Notes: a model not told the origin generated them from the sequence alone. DNA of 64,000 nt from Nostoc sp. DedSLP01 (GCA_034530875.2 JAVRCJ020000001.1:192001-256000), one strand, 5' to 3'; shown: positions 41,560-53,293, numbered from the stretch's first letter. Made by a program: numbers and translations.

Positions 41560-42510
41560 GTGTTATGCACTTTTTTGAAACCCAGTTACAGCAATAAAAC
41601 TGCTCTGGTTGAACGCAGTTTAAACATGATTGGTGGCGGGTGCATTAATCTCGTCTGCATTCCTACTAAAACTATGGTGACGAGTGCCAATGTAGCAAAC
41701 ATAGTGCGAAACACTGCCACTTATGGTGTTAAAGCCGATGCACCCACCGTTGATTTAGCAGAGGCGATCGAACGTAAACGAATGGTTGTGCAAGGAATGC
41801 GTGAAATGAACTTGCACAATTTAGAAACTGCTTTGGGTCACGAACTGATCGTTGGTACAGCCCGCTTTGTTGCTCCCAAAACGATTGAAGTAACGACGGC
41901 TGAAGACACCACTCGCTTACTCACCGCCGACCGGTTATTTATTAATACAGGCACACGACCGTTAATTCCATCGATTCCCGGACTTACAGAAGTTGAGTTT
42001 TTAACGAGTGAGTCAATTATGCAGCTAGAACACCTGCCTGAACTCCCGATCGTTCTCGGTAGTGGCTATATTAGTTTAGAGTTTGCCCAGATGTTTCGGC
42101 GCTTTGGCTCTGGCGTTACTGTCATTGGGCAAAGTGAGCAAATCCTGTCACAGTAAGATCCAGATATAGCGATCGCAGTTCAAACACTGCTAGAACAAGA
42201 TGGTATTGAATTCTTGCTAAAGGCGAAGGTGTTGAGGGTTGCTCGTACTGATAATGAAACCATCCTGCAAATCCAAGTTGGCGATCGTGAAATCACCCTC
42301 CAAGGGTCGCATTTGCTCGTCGCCGTTGGTCGTGCGCCCAATACCGATAGCTTAAATTTAGCTGCTAGTGTAGCAACCGATACACGCGGATTTATTCAAG
42401 TCAACGCTCGCTTAGAGACGAACATTCCGGGAATTTGGGCGTTAGGCGACATCAACGGTGGCCCGCAATACACTCATATATCGCTCTCATTACACCAGCT
42501 TTCGATCTGA
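41560..42510 (+). pseudogene. Pyridine nucleotide-disulfide oxidoreductase (MerA/RclA-like) remnant
   Basis: GGGCINLVCIPTK redox CxxxxC, in-frame TAA at 42154-42156, WALGDINGGPQYTH. It lacks the N-terminal GxGxxG and the C-terminal dimerisation domain. Confidence 0.85.
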
Positions 42511-42524
42511 TTTTCTGATTTTTT

Positions 42525-42555
42525 AGCCCCTGACCCTTCAGGGGATTTTTGTTTG
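42525..42555 (+). terminator. Possible rho-independent terminator or REP hairpin
   Basis: CCCCTGA-CCCT-TCAGGGG followed by a T tract. Confidence 0.5.
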
Positions 42556-42613
42556 TTAGCTAATTACTTAACTTATGAAGAGATAATCGCGATCGCAAAC
42601 ACAATAACTCAAC

Positions 42614-42977
42614 TTACTCAATCAACCTCAAATGCCGATGGAAAACCTCAACCGCATTTGCCACCCCATCCTCACCTCGAATCTTCTCACCCAACTCCTG
42701 GGCTTTAAACTGCATCCCCTTATCACCCAGTACAACTTCAATCGCTGCCGCTAGAGTTTTTTCTGAAACTTCCTTGTAAGGCATGGGTTTGGGGCTGACT
42801 CCTAGCCGCATTAGCACGACTACCCAAAAACAGCAAGGGCGGCAATTTTAATGTTTCGGTTCTCAAGGAGTTGAGCAGCTTTCGATACCTCTGCCAGTAA
42901 AGTAACTCTGCAATGAAGTAGCTTGCATAATTGATAACTTTCTTGAGCGGATTTGTTGTTGTTCGAGCGAATCTCAA
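42614..42977 (-). pseudogene. GT1/GT28 (sterol glucosyltransferase-like) fragments joined by an internal deletion
   Basis: NSLRTETLKLPPL segment fused out of frame to FW..LMRLGVSP...IRGEDGVANAV. Confidence 0.6.
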
Positions 42978-43089
42978 AAATCATCCGATCTCAACAGAAA
43001 ATCTTTGTGCATAAGCCCTGATGGTGAAAGTTACCAATACTTGGGAACCATAAGCTTGACAACCCTTGTTGAGCTTATGGAGACAACAA

Positions 43090-45501
43090 ATGCAGCAAAC
43101 TACGATAAAGCGGCAATTCCTAGCCAAGTTAGATCGTCCATTTATCATAGCTGCACTAATTATTCCAATTGTTCACCTCGGACTTGGATATATAGGTTTA
43201 TCCATGACATTCGTTGGTGGTGCGTCAGCAATTTGGCCTTCGTTTGGGGTGTTCTTAGCAGGAATGTTATTAGTAGGGTACCGAGTCTGGCCTATCTTAT
43301 TTTTGAGTGATTTTGCTGTTAGTTATATTCTTTTTTTTAAAAACAATCTTGTACTCAGTAGTATTATTCCTGCTATTAATTTAATTACTCCTTTTGTTGC
43401 AACTTTTTTGATTCAGAAGTTTATCAAGCGGTACAATTTCTTAGAGAGATCGCAAGATATTTTTAAATTTATAGTTTTAACTATACCTAGTCCCCTCATC
43501 AGTTCCATACTAGCAGCACTAACACTTTGTATCAGTGGTATTGCACCTTGGGCAGTATTTAGCAACGTTTGTCGAACTTGGCTGACATCAGACAGCACAG
43601 GCATTTTAGTTATTACACCTTTAGTACTGGCATGGTTGCAAAAGTCGCCATCGCCAAGAAGCTTTCATCGGCGACAAATTCTCGAACTTATATTTGTCTT
43701 ACTGTCAATAATGGGGATTGTTCGGGTTGCCTTTTCAGGAGGATACCCAATTGAATATACGATCGTTCCGCCGTTAATTTGGGCTGCATTTCGATTTGAA
43801 GCGCGGATATCGACTTTAGCTGTACTCATTGTGTCAGCGATCGCAGTTTTTGGGACTGTTAATGGCTTCGGTTCGTTTGCCAAACAACTATCACCCAATG
43901 AATCGCTTATTTTGCTGCAATCATTCATTTGTGTGATTGCTATTACTACCTTTGTGATTTCTGCCGTCACTCATGAAAACCAGAGATCGGCCGCGATCCT
44001 CCGACAAGCCAATGATGAACTAGAGCGACGAGTTGAAGAACGAACGGCCCAACTCAAAGAAGCAAAAACTGTTGCTGAAGTTGCTAATCAAGCCAAAAGT
44101 GAATTTCTCGCCAACATGAGCCATGAACTACGCACACCACTAAATGGCATACTAGGCTATACTCAAATCCTGCAAAGGACTGAACCCTTAACAGACAAAG
44201 GACAAAAAGGAATTGAAATCATCCATCAATGCGGCTTTCATTTATTAACTTTAATTAACGACGTGCTGGATTTGTCTAAAATCGAAGCCCGCAAAATGGA
44301 GTTGCATCCAATCGATTTCCATTTGCCTTCATTTTTAGAAGGAGTCGTCGAAATCTGCCGTATTAAAGCCGATCAAAAAGTCATTGCTTTCAATTATCAG
44401 CCCGACACTCGACTCCCTGTTGGTATCCATGCTGATGAAAAAAGACTGCGGCAAGTTCTGATTAATCTTTTAGGAAATGCTATCAAGTTTACAGATAAAG
44501 GAGGAGTAACTTTAAAAGTAGATGTCATTAGCCAAGAAACACAACTAATAACTAATTATAAAATTCGTTTTCAAGTGAAAGATACAGGGGTTGGGATGAC
44601 ATCAGCACAATTGCAGAAAATCTTCCTGCCCTTTGAACAAGTAGGAGATATAAAAAGACAGTCCCAAGGAACTGGATTAGGATTAGCTATTAGCCAAAAA
44701 ATCGTCAATCTTATGGGCAGCAATTTAGAAGTTGAAAGTCAACCCGATCGCGGTAGTATTTTCCACTTTGAAGTGGAGTTACCAGAAGCAAAACAATGGG
44801 CTGCAAATTCTAGAGTGATGCAACAAGGAGCTATCACAGGCTATCAGGGCGAGCAACGTACTATTTTAGTAGTAGATGACAAGTGGGAAAACCGTTCGGT
44901 AATTCTTAATTTATTAGAACCGATAGGATTTAAGTTAATCGAAGCTAGTAATGGACAAGAGGCGATCGATAGAGCTATTGCATCTCAACCTAATTTGATT
45001 ATCACTGATTTAATTATGCCTGTAATGGATGGCTTTGAGCTAATTCGGCAAATTAAGCAATCCGATGGTTTCAAAAATGTAGCCATTATTGCTTCTTCTG
45101 CAAGTGTATTTGAAAACGACCAAAATCAGAGTTTAGATGTCGGCGCAGTTGCTTTCTTATCTAAGCCTGTTGTCGCTGAAAGTTTACTAGAATTACTCCG
45201 ATTGCACCTAAATTTAGTATGGATTTATGCACCAAAATCAGAAATTATTGCAAATCAAAACTCAACTAATTTCCAGGTGAATTCTCAAAATATTTCTTTA
45301 CCTTCTCTTGAAATATTGACTAGCTTATATGAGTTGGCAAAAGATGGCAATCTCGATGAAATATTGCAGAAAGTAAATGATTTGAAAAATGAATGTCCTA
45401 CTTATTCTGATTTTGCTCAAAAAGTAATTCAACTTGCCGAAAATTTCCAAATCAAGAAATTGCGAGATGCATTAAAACAGTGGATGAATCAAGCCAAATA
45501 A
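43090..45501 (+). CDS. MASE1 membrane hybrid histidine kinase (HisKA-HATPase-REC)
   Basis: AIWPSFG MASE1 TMs, FLANMSHELRTPLN, NLLGNAIKFT, GTGLGL, receiver VVDD..TDLIMP..LSKP. GGAG RBS before ATG 43090. Confidence 0.92.
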   Translation: MQQTTIKRQFLAKLDRPFIIAALIIPIVHLGLGYIGLSMTFVGGASAIWPSFGVFLAGMLLVGYRVWPILFLSDFAVSYILFFKNNLVLSSIIPAINLITPFVATFLIQKFIKRYNFLERSQDIFKFIVLTIPSPLISSILAALTLCISGIAPWAVFSNVCRTWLTSDSTGILVITPLVLAWLQKSPSPRSFHRRQILELIFVLLSIMGIVRVAFSGGYPIEYTIVPPLIWAAFRFEARISTLAVLIVSAIAVFGTVNGFGSFAKQLSPNESLILLQSFICVIAITTFVISAVTHENQRSAAILRQANDELERRVEERTAQLKEAKTVAEVANQAKSEFLANMSHELRTPLNGILGYTQILQRTEPLTDKGQKGIEIIHQCGFHLLTLINDVLDLSKIEARKMELHPIDFHLPSFLEGVVEICRIKADQKVIAFNYQPDTRLPVGIHADEKRLRQVLINLLGNAIKFTDKGGVTLKVDVISQETQLITNYKIRFQVKDTGVGMTSAQLQKIFLPFEQVGDIKRQSQGTGLGLAISQKIVNLMGSNLEVESQPDRGSIFHFEVELPEAKQWAANSRVMQQGAITGYQGEQRTILVVDDKWENRSVILNLLEPIGFKLIEASNGQEAIDRAIASQPNLIITDLIMPVMDGFELIRQIKQSDGFKNVAIIASSASVFENDQNQSLDVGAVAFLSKPVVAESLLELLRLHLNLVWIYAPKSEIIANQNSTNFQVNSQNISLPSLEILTSLYELAKDGNLDEILQKVNDLKNECPTYSDFAQKVIQLAENFQIKKLRDALKQWMNQAK

Positions 45502-45565
45502 TTTGTTGATATTCCATATTAAACAGCGATTTTTATCTTTTCTATAAAAAACTATATTTCGACCG

Positions 45566-46822
45566 ATGAAAAACTTTGATTTTGTTTTAATTGTTGATGA
45601 TAATCCCACTAATTTGTCAGTACTATCACAAGCGCTAAAAAGTGCCGGGTTTGCAGTTCGAGTTGCCGAAGATGGAGAAACTGCAATTGACATGGTACAG
45701 CATAAACAACCTGCTCTAATTTTATTAGATGTGCAAATGTCTGGAATAGATGGGTTTGAGACTTGCCAGAAACTCAAAGCTGACCCATTAACGCAAAACA
45801 TCCCCATTATTTTTATGACTGCGTTAGCGGATACTGAAAATAAGGTGAAAGGATTTTCGTTAGGAGCCGTTGATTACATTCCCAAACCTTTTGAACAAGC
45901 AGAAGTCATTGCCAGAGTGCGAATGCATTTACAACTCAAGCAATTGACCGACAATCTTGAACAAAGAGTGACAGATAGAACAGCAGCTTTAGAACAGGCA
46001 CAAGTGCAGCTGGTACAACAAGAAAAGCTGTCTATGCTTGGTCAATTGGTAGCAGGTGTAGCACATGAAATGAATAATCCTATTAGCTGCATTACTAGCA
46101 ATATTCATCCGGCACAAGAATATATTGCCGACCTCACCGAAATCTTGCAATTATGTCAGCAAAATTATTCCCAATTACCGCCTGTAATTCAAGATGCGAT
46201 CGCACAAACAGATCTAGAGTTTATCTTAGAAGATTTACCAAACCTCCTCAACTCGATGCAGGTTAGCACACAACGAATTAAAGATATATCCGTATCGCTG
46301 CGAAACTTTGCCCGTACTGACACTTTCGGAAAAGTTAAGTTTGATGTCCATGAAGGACTTAACGATACATTATTAATTTTGCGACATCGCCTGAAAGGAG
46401 TTGGACAGCGACCGGAAATTCAAATCATCAAAAAATACGCTTCCTTACCAAAAGTTGAGTGCTATCCGGGGCAACTTAATCAAGTGTTCATGAATATTTT
46501 AGCTAATGCCGTTGATGCTTTAGAAGACATTTGGCAGGAAGGAAAGCGAGTCAATGATTCCCTGGCAATCAACATCTGCACCGAGGTGTCCAGTCCTAAT
46601 TATGTCACGATTCGGATTTGTGATAATGGCATTGGCATGACAGAGGAAGTAAGACAACAGATTTTTAATTATCTATTCACCACGAAAACAGTTGGTAAAG
46701 GTACTGGACTGGGATTAGCGATCGCTAATCAAATTGTAGTAGAAAAGCACGGAGGAGCAATTCAAGTTAATTCCACACTCAATCAAGGAACTGAATTTGT
46801 CATCATGTTACCTTTGCAATAA
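45566..46822 (+). CDS. REC-histidine kinase hybrid
   Basis: IVDDNP..LLDVQM..DYIPKP, AHEMNNP, GKGTGLGL. Confidence 0.92.
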   Translation: MKNFDFVLIVDDNPTNLSVLSQALKSAGFAVRVAEDGETAIDMVQHKQPALILLDVQMSGIDGFETCQKLKADPLTQNIPIIFMTALADTENKVKGFSLGAVDYIPKPFEQAEVIARVRMHLQLKQLTDNLEQRVTDRTAALEQAQVQLVQQEKLSMLGQLVAGVAHEMNNPISCITSNIHPAQEYIADLTEILQLCQQNYSQLPPVIQDAIAQTDLEFILEDLPNLLNSMQVSTQRIKDISVSLRNFARTDTFGKVKFDVHEGLNDTLLILRHRLKGVGQRPEIQIIKKYASLPKVECYPGQLNQVFMNILANAVDALEDIWQEGKRVNDSLAINICTEVSSPNYVTIRICDNGIGMTEEVRQQIFNYLFTTKTVGKGTGLGLAIANQIVVEKHGGAIQVNSTLNQGTEFVIMLPLQ

Positions 46823-46871
46823 CAACATGAGTTGGAACATAACGCTCCTCCAGCAGATTCAAGAAATAAAC

Positions 46872-46995
46872 CTAATTCAAGGGCAATATAAGTGTAAATT
46901 CTGCTCTCGATCCTAGTTCTGATATTACACTTAGTTTTCCTTTATGTTTCTCAATAATGGAATAGCTAATTGATAACCCCAAGCCCGTGCCTTTT
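46872..46995 (-). pseudogene. C-terminal remnant of a histidine kinase HATPase
   Basis: Minus-strand translation KGTGLGLSISYSIIEKHKGKLSVISELGSRAEFTLILPLN*. Confidence 0.75.
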
Positions 46996-47778
46996 GAATT
47001 GATTTGACGCTACAGCTTGTACCAATGTCATTCTATCGAGTCCCTGCTGATAGCGCTGGTGAGGCTTGTTTGTATTTCATCCTGTCTGAACTGAAGTTAG
47101 GTAAGCAAGCTACTGGGTATAAAACTGCTCAGAAGATTCTCAATCGGTTCAGTTGACCTGTTTGGTGAATTCGCCAACGGTATCCGTTTCTCGGCTCAAT
47201 ACCGTTCAGTACTGTAATACTTAGGTAAATTACTTATTAAATAGAACACAACAAAACTGACATAAAGCATTTGTAGCGGGGTTAATAAAAATTAATTTAG
47301 ATAAAGTGTAATAAATAGAGATGGAACACAGATTATTTGTATAGCATTAGATAACTTTGTTGTTTTTAATGCTAACTGAACTTATCTGAACATTAGATTT
47401 TCTCTATGTTCAGCACTTATTACTCAAGATTTTTTTTTAAATTGGAAATTAAATTCTTACGGTAATTACATAGAGGCTGGTTGATCTAGATTTACAAAAC
47501 AATAGTATATTAGCCGATTACAATCAAGTTTTATAACCAGTAAAATATAACAAATTAATCTATTACATGAATTTTGTAAGAGTATTTTAGTAAATGTAAT
47601 TTTAAAAAACCTCATATTTATGTAAATAAAAAATCAACTGTTATACTCGAAATTAAAATACAACAACTTATTAATTTTTATATCTATAATATTTAAAAGT
47701 ACATTATCATATATTAACAATATAAATATTCAACCAGTTCAAAAATATTCTTTAAAAAAATAACTCAAATAGAAAACA

Positions 47779-50700
47779 ATGGTTACAAGCTTTAAATATA
47801 ATAATCTAAAAAAAATTTCTGACAGTCTAGAAACTGTTGTTTATAGAGCATACGATACTGCAAATCAGAAAAATGTTATTTTAAAAAGTCTTAAAAGTGA
47901 ATATTCTAATCTTGAATATGTTACAGTATTTAAACATGAGTACCAAATTTCTAGCTCTATAGATTTGCCTGGTATTATCAAAGTATACAGATTAGAAAAT
48001 TTTCAAAATTGTATTACTCTAGTTTTAGAGGATATTGAAGGGCAAAATCTAAAACAATATATAGATGATGTTAAACTTAATGTCATAGATTGCTTAAAAA
48101 TAGCCATTCAACTTGCTGATATTATTGCCAGCTTACACGAAAAACATATTATTCATAAAGATATTAAACCACAAAATATAATTATTAATCCTAAACTAAT
48201 GCAAGCTAAAATAACTGATTTTAGCATTGCATCACGTTTATCAAAAGAAAATGCAATTATCAGTAATCCGAATTTGCTCAAAGGCACACTTGCTTATATG
48301 TCTCCAGAGCAAACAGGGCGGATGAATAGGTCGATTGACTATCGTACAGACTTTTACTCTTTAGGCGTAACTTTCTATGAGCTGTTCACCTCAAAGTTAC
48401 CATTTTATTGCACCGATCCCTTAGAAATAATTCACGCTCATATTGCAAAACAACCTCTACCCCCTCATCAAGTTAACCCACAAATTCCAGAGGCATTATC
48501 TAATATAATAATCAAATTATTATCTAAAACTGCTGAAGAAAGATACCAAAGTGGCTTAGGGCTAAAAGCAGATTTAGAAACTTGTCTTAAACAGTTAATA
48601 ACTAATGGCAAAATTGACAATTTTATTCCTGGCCAATTAGATAAATTTAGTCAGTTTACTATTCCTCAAAAACTGTATGGGCGCGAACAAGAAGTAGCAT
48701 GTCTTATATCAGCTTTTGACCGAGTAAGTGCAGGAACAACCGAGATGATGTTAGTCTCTGGTTATGCAGGGATTGGTAAATCTTGCTTGGTTAATGAAAT
48801 TCATAAACCCATTATCCGACAACGCGGGTATTTTATATCTGGTAAATTCGATCAATTTAAGCGTAACGTTCCTTATGCAGGTTTAATTCAAGCATTTCAG
48901 GAATTAACCCAACAATTATTAACAGAAAATTATGAAAAAATACTTATTTGGAAACAAAAACTTTTAAAAGCATTTGGCGACATTGGTCAAGTTATTATTG
49001 ATGTTATTCCCGAAATTGAAAAAATAGTTGGTCAACAGCCATCTGTTCCACAGCTAGGAGCAACTGAATCACAAAATCGCTTTAATACGGTATTTCAAAA
49101 ATTTATTCAGGTGTTTACTCAGAAAGAACACCCACTCGTTTTATTTTTAGATGATTTACAATGGGCAGATTTAGCATCGCTAAAGTTGATTAAGATGCTG
49201 ATGGTTGAACCTGGTAGCCAATATTTATTAATGATTGGAGCTTATCGAGATAACGAAGTTATCTCGACTCATTATTTGTTTCAAACTTTAAATGAAATTC
49301 AGCAATCAGGAACAGTTATAAACAATATCCTCTTACAACCTTTAAATCTTGTAAATGTTCATGAATTAATAGTTGATACCTTCCATATCACTACAGAAAA
49401 AACAAAAGCCTTAGCTAATTTAATTTTTAGCAAAACTCAAGGTAATCCTTTTTTCATCAACCAACTACTCCAAACAATGTATCAGGAAAAGCTATTAAAT
49501 TTTGATTTTAATAGTGGAGTATGGCAGTGGGAAATCAATCAAATTCAGACGGTTGGTATTACAGATTATGATGCCATAGAATTAATTGCGAGAAATATTA
49601 AAAAATTACCTAAAGAAACGCAAGAAGTTTTAAAATTATCTGCTTGTATAGGAAATCGCTTTAGTATAGATATTCTAGCAATTGTCAATGAAAAATCTCA
49701 GTCAGAAACCGCATCTGATTTATGGGAAGCACTGCAAGCAGGTTTAATTTTGCCACTAAGTGAGAACTATAAAGCTCCGTTGTTTTTTGACGAAGGCACA
49801 TCTAGCTCTATAGCTTCCCAGGAATTAAAAATTTCATATAAGTTTTTACACGATCGCGTCCAGCAAGCAGCTTATTCCCTCATCCCAGAATCCCAAAGAA
49901 AACAAACTCACCTAAAAATTGGGCAACTATTATTAGATTCTTACCAAACAGGAGAGATTGAAGAAAATATTTTTGATATTGTCAATCATCTAAATTTTGG
50001 TACTGAGTTTATTTGCGAACAGTCCAAAAGAGATAGACTAGCAAAATTAAATTTAATCGCTAGCCAAAAAGCAAAAGCAGCATCAGCATACGAAGCTGCT
50101 TTGAGTTATGCAACAGTTGGACTAGAATTGCTTAACTCATCAAGTTGGGAAAGTAACTACGACCTGATGCTGGCACTGCATCTAGAAAGCGTAGAATTAC
50201 AATACCTAAATGCTAACTTTAAACGCGCAGCCATCCTAACTGAAACAGTTTTAGAAAAAGCCACTAATCTGCTGGATCTAGTCAAAGCTTACCAATTACA
50301 GATCCAGTTTTATATGGCTCAAAATCAGATGCTTCAAGCCATTGATGCTGGACTAGAAGCGATCGCCAAGCTAGGAGTATCTCTATCAGAAACACCAAAC
50401 AAACAAAGTACTATAGCTAATTTACCTCAACTCCAAGATTTAGAAAATTATCCAATTGTTACAGATCCTTGCATCCTAGCGGCTTTAAAAATCCTTGTTA
50501 CCATTGCTGGTGCTGCTTTTATTACTAACCCAACAAAAACAAATTTTCCTCAGATAATCTTGACTGTTGTCAATCTCTGCATTAAACACGGTCATTCACC
50601 TTTAGCTGCCCACGGGTACGCTTATTATGGTATGCTTTTGTGTGGCTATCTAGAAAATATTGATGCTGGATATCACTCTGGTCAAATAGCTTGGCAGATA

Positions 50701-53256
50701 TTAGAGCAATTCCAAACTATTGAACTTAAAAGCAAAGTATATGCCCCATTTTATGGTTTTACTATTCATTGGAAAGAGCATATTAGAGAAACAATTGCTC
50801 CACTCCAAGAAGGAATTCAAACCGCATTAGAAATCGGAGATTTAGAGTACGCTGGCTATTGCTCTGTCCACTACTGCGGCCATATATTTTTTAGTGGAGA
50901 ACAACTCGAATTAGTAGCTCAACAGCAGGCATCATATATTGATTTGCTACAAAAATTTCAACTAGATTTCCCTATCAACTACATTAAAATTTGGCATCAA
51001 CTAACATTAAATTTACAAGATTTGTCACAAAATAAATATATTTTAGTTGGCGATAGTTTTGATGAAGTATCAATGGTTGCATATTTACAAGAAACGAAGA
51101 ATGCTACTTCTTTGTTTGTTGTTTATGTTGCCAAAATGATTCTGCTTTACTTATTTAAGGATTACGCTCAAGCAGTTGATAATGCCAAATTAGCTTCAGA
51201 ATATATAAATGGTGTTCTGGGAATGATGTCAGTTGGCATCCACAACTTATATTATTCTTTAGCCTTGATTGGTTTATATGCCAACGTTGAACCCGACATT
51301 CAACAAGAATATCTAGATATTATCAATGCCAATCAGGAAAAAATGCAGCTATGGGCTAGTCATGCTCCTGCTAACTATCAGCATAAATACTATCTAGTAG
51401 AAGCAGAAAAAGCCCGAATCTTAGGACATACTTTTGTCGCAATGGAGTATTATGAGCTAGCGATCCAAGGAGCAAAAGAACAAAGATTTCTTCAAGAAGA
51501 AGCACTAGCCAATGAATTGGCAGCAGAATTTTACTTTTCTCGCAATAGAGATAAACAAGCGATTTTCTACCTCAAAGAATCTTATCATGGTTATGTACGT
51601 TGGGGAGCTATTACAAAAGTCAATGAATTAGAATCAAAATACCCTGACTATTGTCCATTAAGAATAAATCATGAATCATCTAGTTTGAAGTCACCTCTAC
51701 CCACTACTTCAAGCAAAATAAGCAATTTAGCATCTTTTGATTTAAATACAGTCTTTAAAGCCTCGCAAGCTATTTCTAGCGAAATTATACTAGATGATTT
51801 GCTAGCAAAATTGATGACAATTGTGATGGAAAATGCTGGCGCACAAAGTAGCTGCTTACTTTTAGAAAAAAATGGGCAAATGGTGATAGAAGCTGTAATG
51901 GGCGTTAATCACAATAAGCTATTGCTAGAAACATCAATACCTTTAGATAATACTCGATATTTGCCAGTATCAATTGTTAATTATGTTGTTACGACTAAAG
52001 AAAGTGTTGTTCTTGGTAATGCTAGTTGTGAAGGCATATTTGTTAGCGATCCTTATATTATTAACCAGAAATGTAAGTCTATTTTATGTACGCCGATTAT
52101 TCATCAAAGTAAACTCATAGGTATTATGTATTTGCAAAATAACTTAACAGCAAATGCATTTACTACGGAACGTTTAGAGGTTTTAAAAATTCTTGCCTCT
52201 CAAGCAGCTATTTCCATTGAGAATGCAAAGCTTTATACTAATTTATCTAAATTAAATGATAATCTGCAACAAGCTAACCAGGAATTAGAGAATTATAGCA
52301 AAAATCTGGAGCTAAAAGTCGAAGAAAGAACACAGGAATTAAATGAAAAAAATGTGTGTTTAAAAGAACAAGCACAACAGTTAGAACTCACACTAAGGGA
52401 ACTACAAGCTACGCAGTTACAGATGGTTCAAAAGGAAAAAATGTCTAGTTTAGGTCAACTAGTTGCTGGTATAGCTCATGAAATTAATAACCCAATTAAC
52501 TTTATTTATGGAAATATTACTCATGCAAGTGAATACACTGAAGATATATTACGCATAATCAAAATTTACGAGCAACATTCACCTAATTTAACTCCTCAAA
52601 TGCTGGCAGAACAAGAGGATATCGATCTTGAATTTTTGCTTGAAGATTTACCCAAATTGCTATCTTCTATGAAAGTCGGGGCTAATCGCATCCGCCAGAT
52701 AGTTCTAAGTTTACGCAACTTCTCCCGTTTGGATGAAGCAGAAATAAAGTCAGTGAATATTCATGAGGGTATTGATAACACTTTACTAATCTTGCAACAT
52801 CGGCTCAAAACTGATTCAGTAAATTCTAAAATTCAGATTATTAAAAATTATGGCACTTTACCATTAGTAGACTGTTATCCCAGTCAACTCAATCAAGTAT
52901 TTATGAATTTGTTAGCTAATGCTATTGATGCTATAGAAGAGTCTAACTCTGCCCGTTCATCAAAAGAAGCTGAAATAAATCCAGGTTATATCAAAATTAC
53001 TACTGAGTTATTAGAGCAAAATTGGATTTCGATCTGCATTGCTGATAATGGACTTGGCATGAATTCAGATATACTTGCTCAGATTTTTAATCCTTTCTTT
53101 AGTACCAAACCTGTTGGTAAAGGTACTGGTTTAGGATTATCTATTAGTTACAATATTATCGTGGAAAAACATGCAGGTAAAATCAGTTGTTCGTCAATAC
53201 CAGGAGAAGGAAGCGAGTTCTTAATTGAACTTCCCGTACATCAGAAGAACTTCTAA
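47779..53256 (+). CDS. Trifunctional Ser/Thr kinase - AAA ATPase - GAF - histidine kinase (HstK/Pkn-type)
   Basis: HKDIKPQN, TDFS, YMSPEQTG; Walker A GYAGIGKS, Walker B FLDDLQW; GAF; AHEINNP; GKGTGLGL. Confidence 0.95.
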   Translation: MVTSFKYNNLKKISDSLETVVYRAYDTANQKNVILKSLKSEYSNLEYVTVFKHEYQISSSIDLPGIIKVYRLENFQNCITLVLEDIEGQNLKQYIDDVKLNVIDCLKIAIQLADIIASLHEKHIIHKDIKPQNIIINPKLMQAKITDFSIASRLSKENAIISNPNLLKGTLAYMSPEQTGRMNRSIDYRTDFYSLGVTFYELFTSKLPFYCTDPLEIIHAHIAKQPLPPHQVNPQIPEALSNIIIKLLSKTAEERYQSGLGLKADLETCLKQLITNGKIDNFIPGQLDKFSQFTIPQKLYGREQEVACLISAFDRVSAGTTEMMLVSGYAGIGKSCLVNEIHKPIIRQRGYFISGKFDQFKRNVPYAGLIQAFQELTQQLLTENYEKILIWKQKLLKAFGDIGQVIIDVIPEIEKIVGQQPSVPQLGATESQNRFNTVFQKFIQVFTQKEHPLVLFLDDLQWADLASLKLIKMLMVEPGSQYLLMIGAYRDNEVISTHYLFQTLNEIQQSGTVINNILLQPLNLVNVHELIVDTFHITTEKTKALANLIFSKTQGNPFFINQLLQTMYQEKLLNFDFNSGVWQWEINQIQTVGITDYDAIELIARNIKKLPKETQEVLKLSACIGNRFSIDILAIVNEKSQSETASDLWEALQAGLILPLSENYKAPLFFDEGTSSSIASQELKISYKFLHDRVQQAAYSLIPESQRKQTHLKIGQLLLDSYQTGEIEENIFDIVNHLNFGTEFICEQSKRDRLAKLNLIASQKAKAASAYEAALSYATVGLELLNSSSWESNYDLMLALHLESVELQYLNANFKRAAILTETVLEKATNLLDLVKAYQLQIQFYMAQNQMLQAIDAGLEAIAKLGVSLSETPNKQSTIANLPQLQDLENYPIVTDPCILAALKILVTIAGAAFITNPTKTNFPQIILTVVNLCIKHGHSPLAAHGYAYYGMLLCGYLENIDAGYHSGQIAWQILEQFQTIELKSKVYAPFYGFTIHWKEHIRETIAPLQEGIQTALEIGDLEYAGYCSVHYCGHIFFSGEQLELVAQQQASYIDLLQKFQLDFPINYIKIWHQLTLNLQDLSQNKYILVGDSFDEVSMVAYLQETKNATSLFVVYVAKMILLYLFKDYAQAVDNAKLASEYINGVLGMMSVGIHNLYYSLALIGLYANVEPDIQQEYLDIINANQEKMQLWASHAPANYQHKYYLVEAEKARILGHTFVAMEYYELAIQGAKEQRFLQEEALANELAAEFYFSRNRDKQAIFYLKESYHGYVRWGAITKVNELESKYPDYCPLRINHESSSLKSPLPTTSSKISNLASFDLNTVFKASQAISSEIILDDLLAKLMTIVMENAGAQSSCLLLEKNGQMVIEAVMGVNHNKLLLETSIPLDNTRYLPVSIVNYVVTTKESVVLGNASCEGIFVSDPYIINQKCKSILCTPIIHQSKLIGIMYLQNNLTANAFTTERLEVLKILASQAAISIENAKLYTNLSKLNDNLQQANQELENYSKNLELKVEERTQELNEKNVCLKEQAQQLELTLRELQATQLQMVQKEKMSSLGQLVAGIAHEINNPINFIYGNITHASEYTEDILRIIKIYEQHSPNLTPQMLAEQEDIDLEFLLEDLPKLLSSMKVGANRIRQIVLSLRNFSRLDEAEIKSVNIHEGIDNTLLILQHRLKTDSVNSKIQIIKNYGTLPLVDCYPSQLNQVFMNLLANAIDAIEESNSARSSKEAEINPGYIKITTELLEQNWISICIADNGLGMNSDILAQIFNPFFSTKPVGKGTGLGLSISYNIIVEKHAGKISCSSIPGEGSEFLIELPVHQKNF

Positions 53257-53293
53257 CTGAATCAAGTAAAAATTTTACACAAAAGGAATCTTT

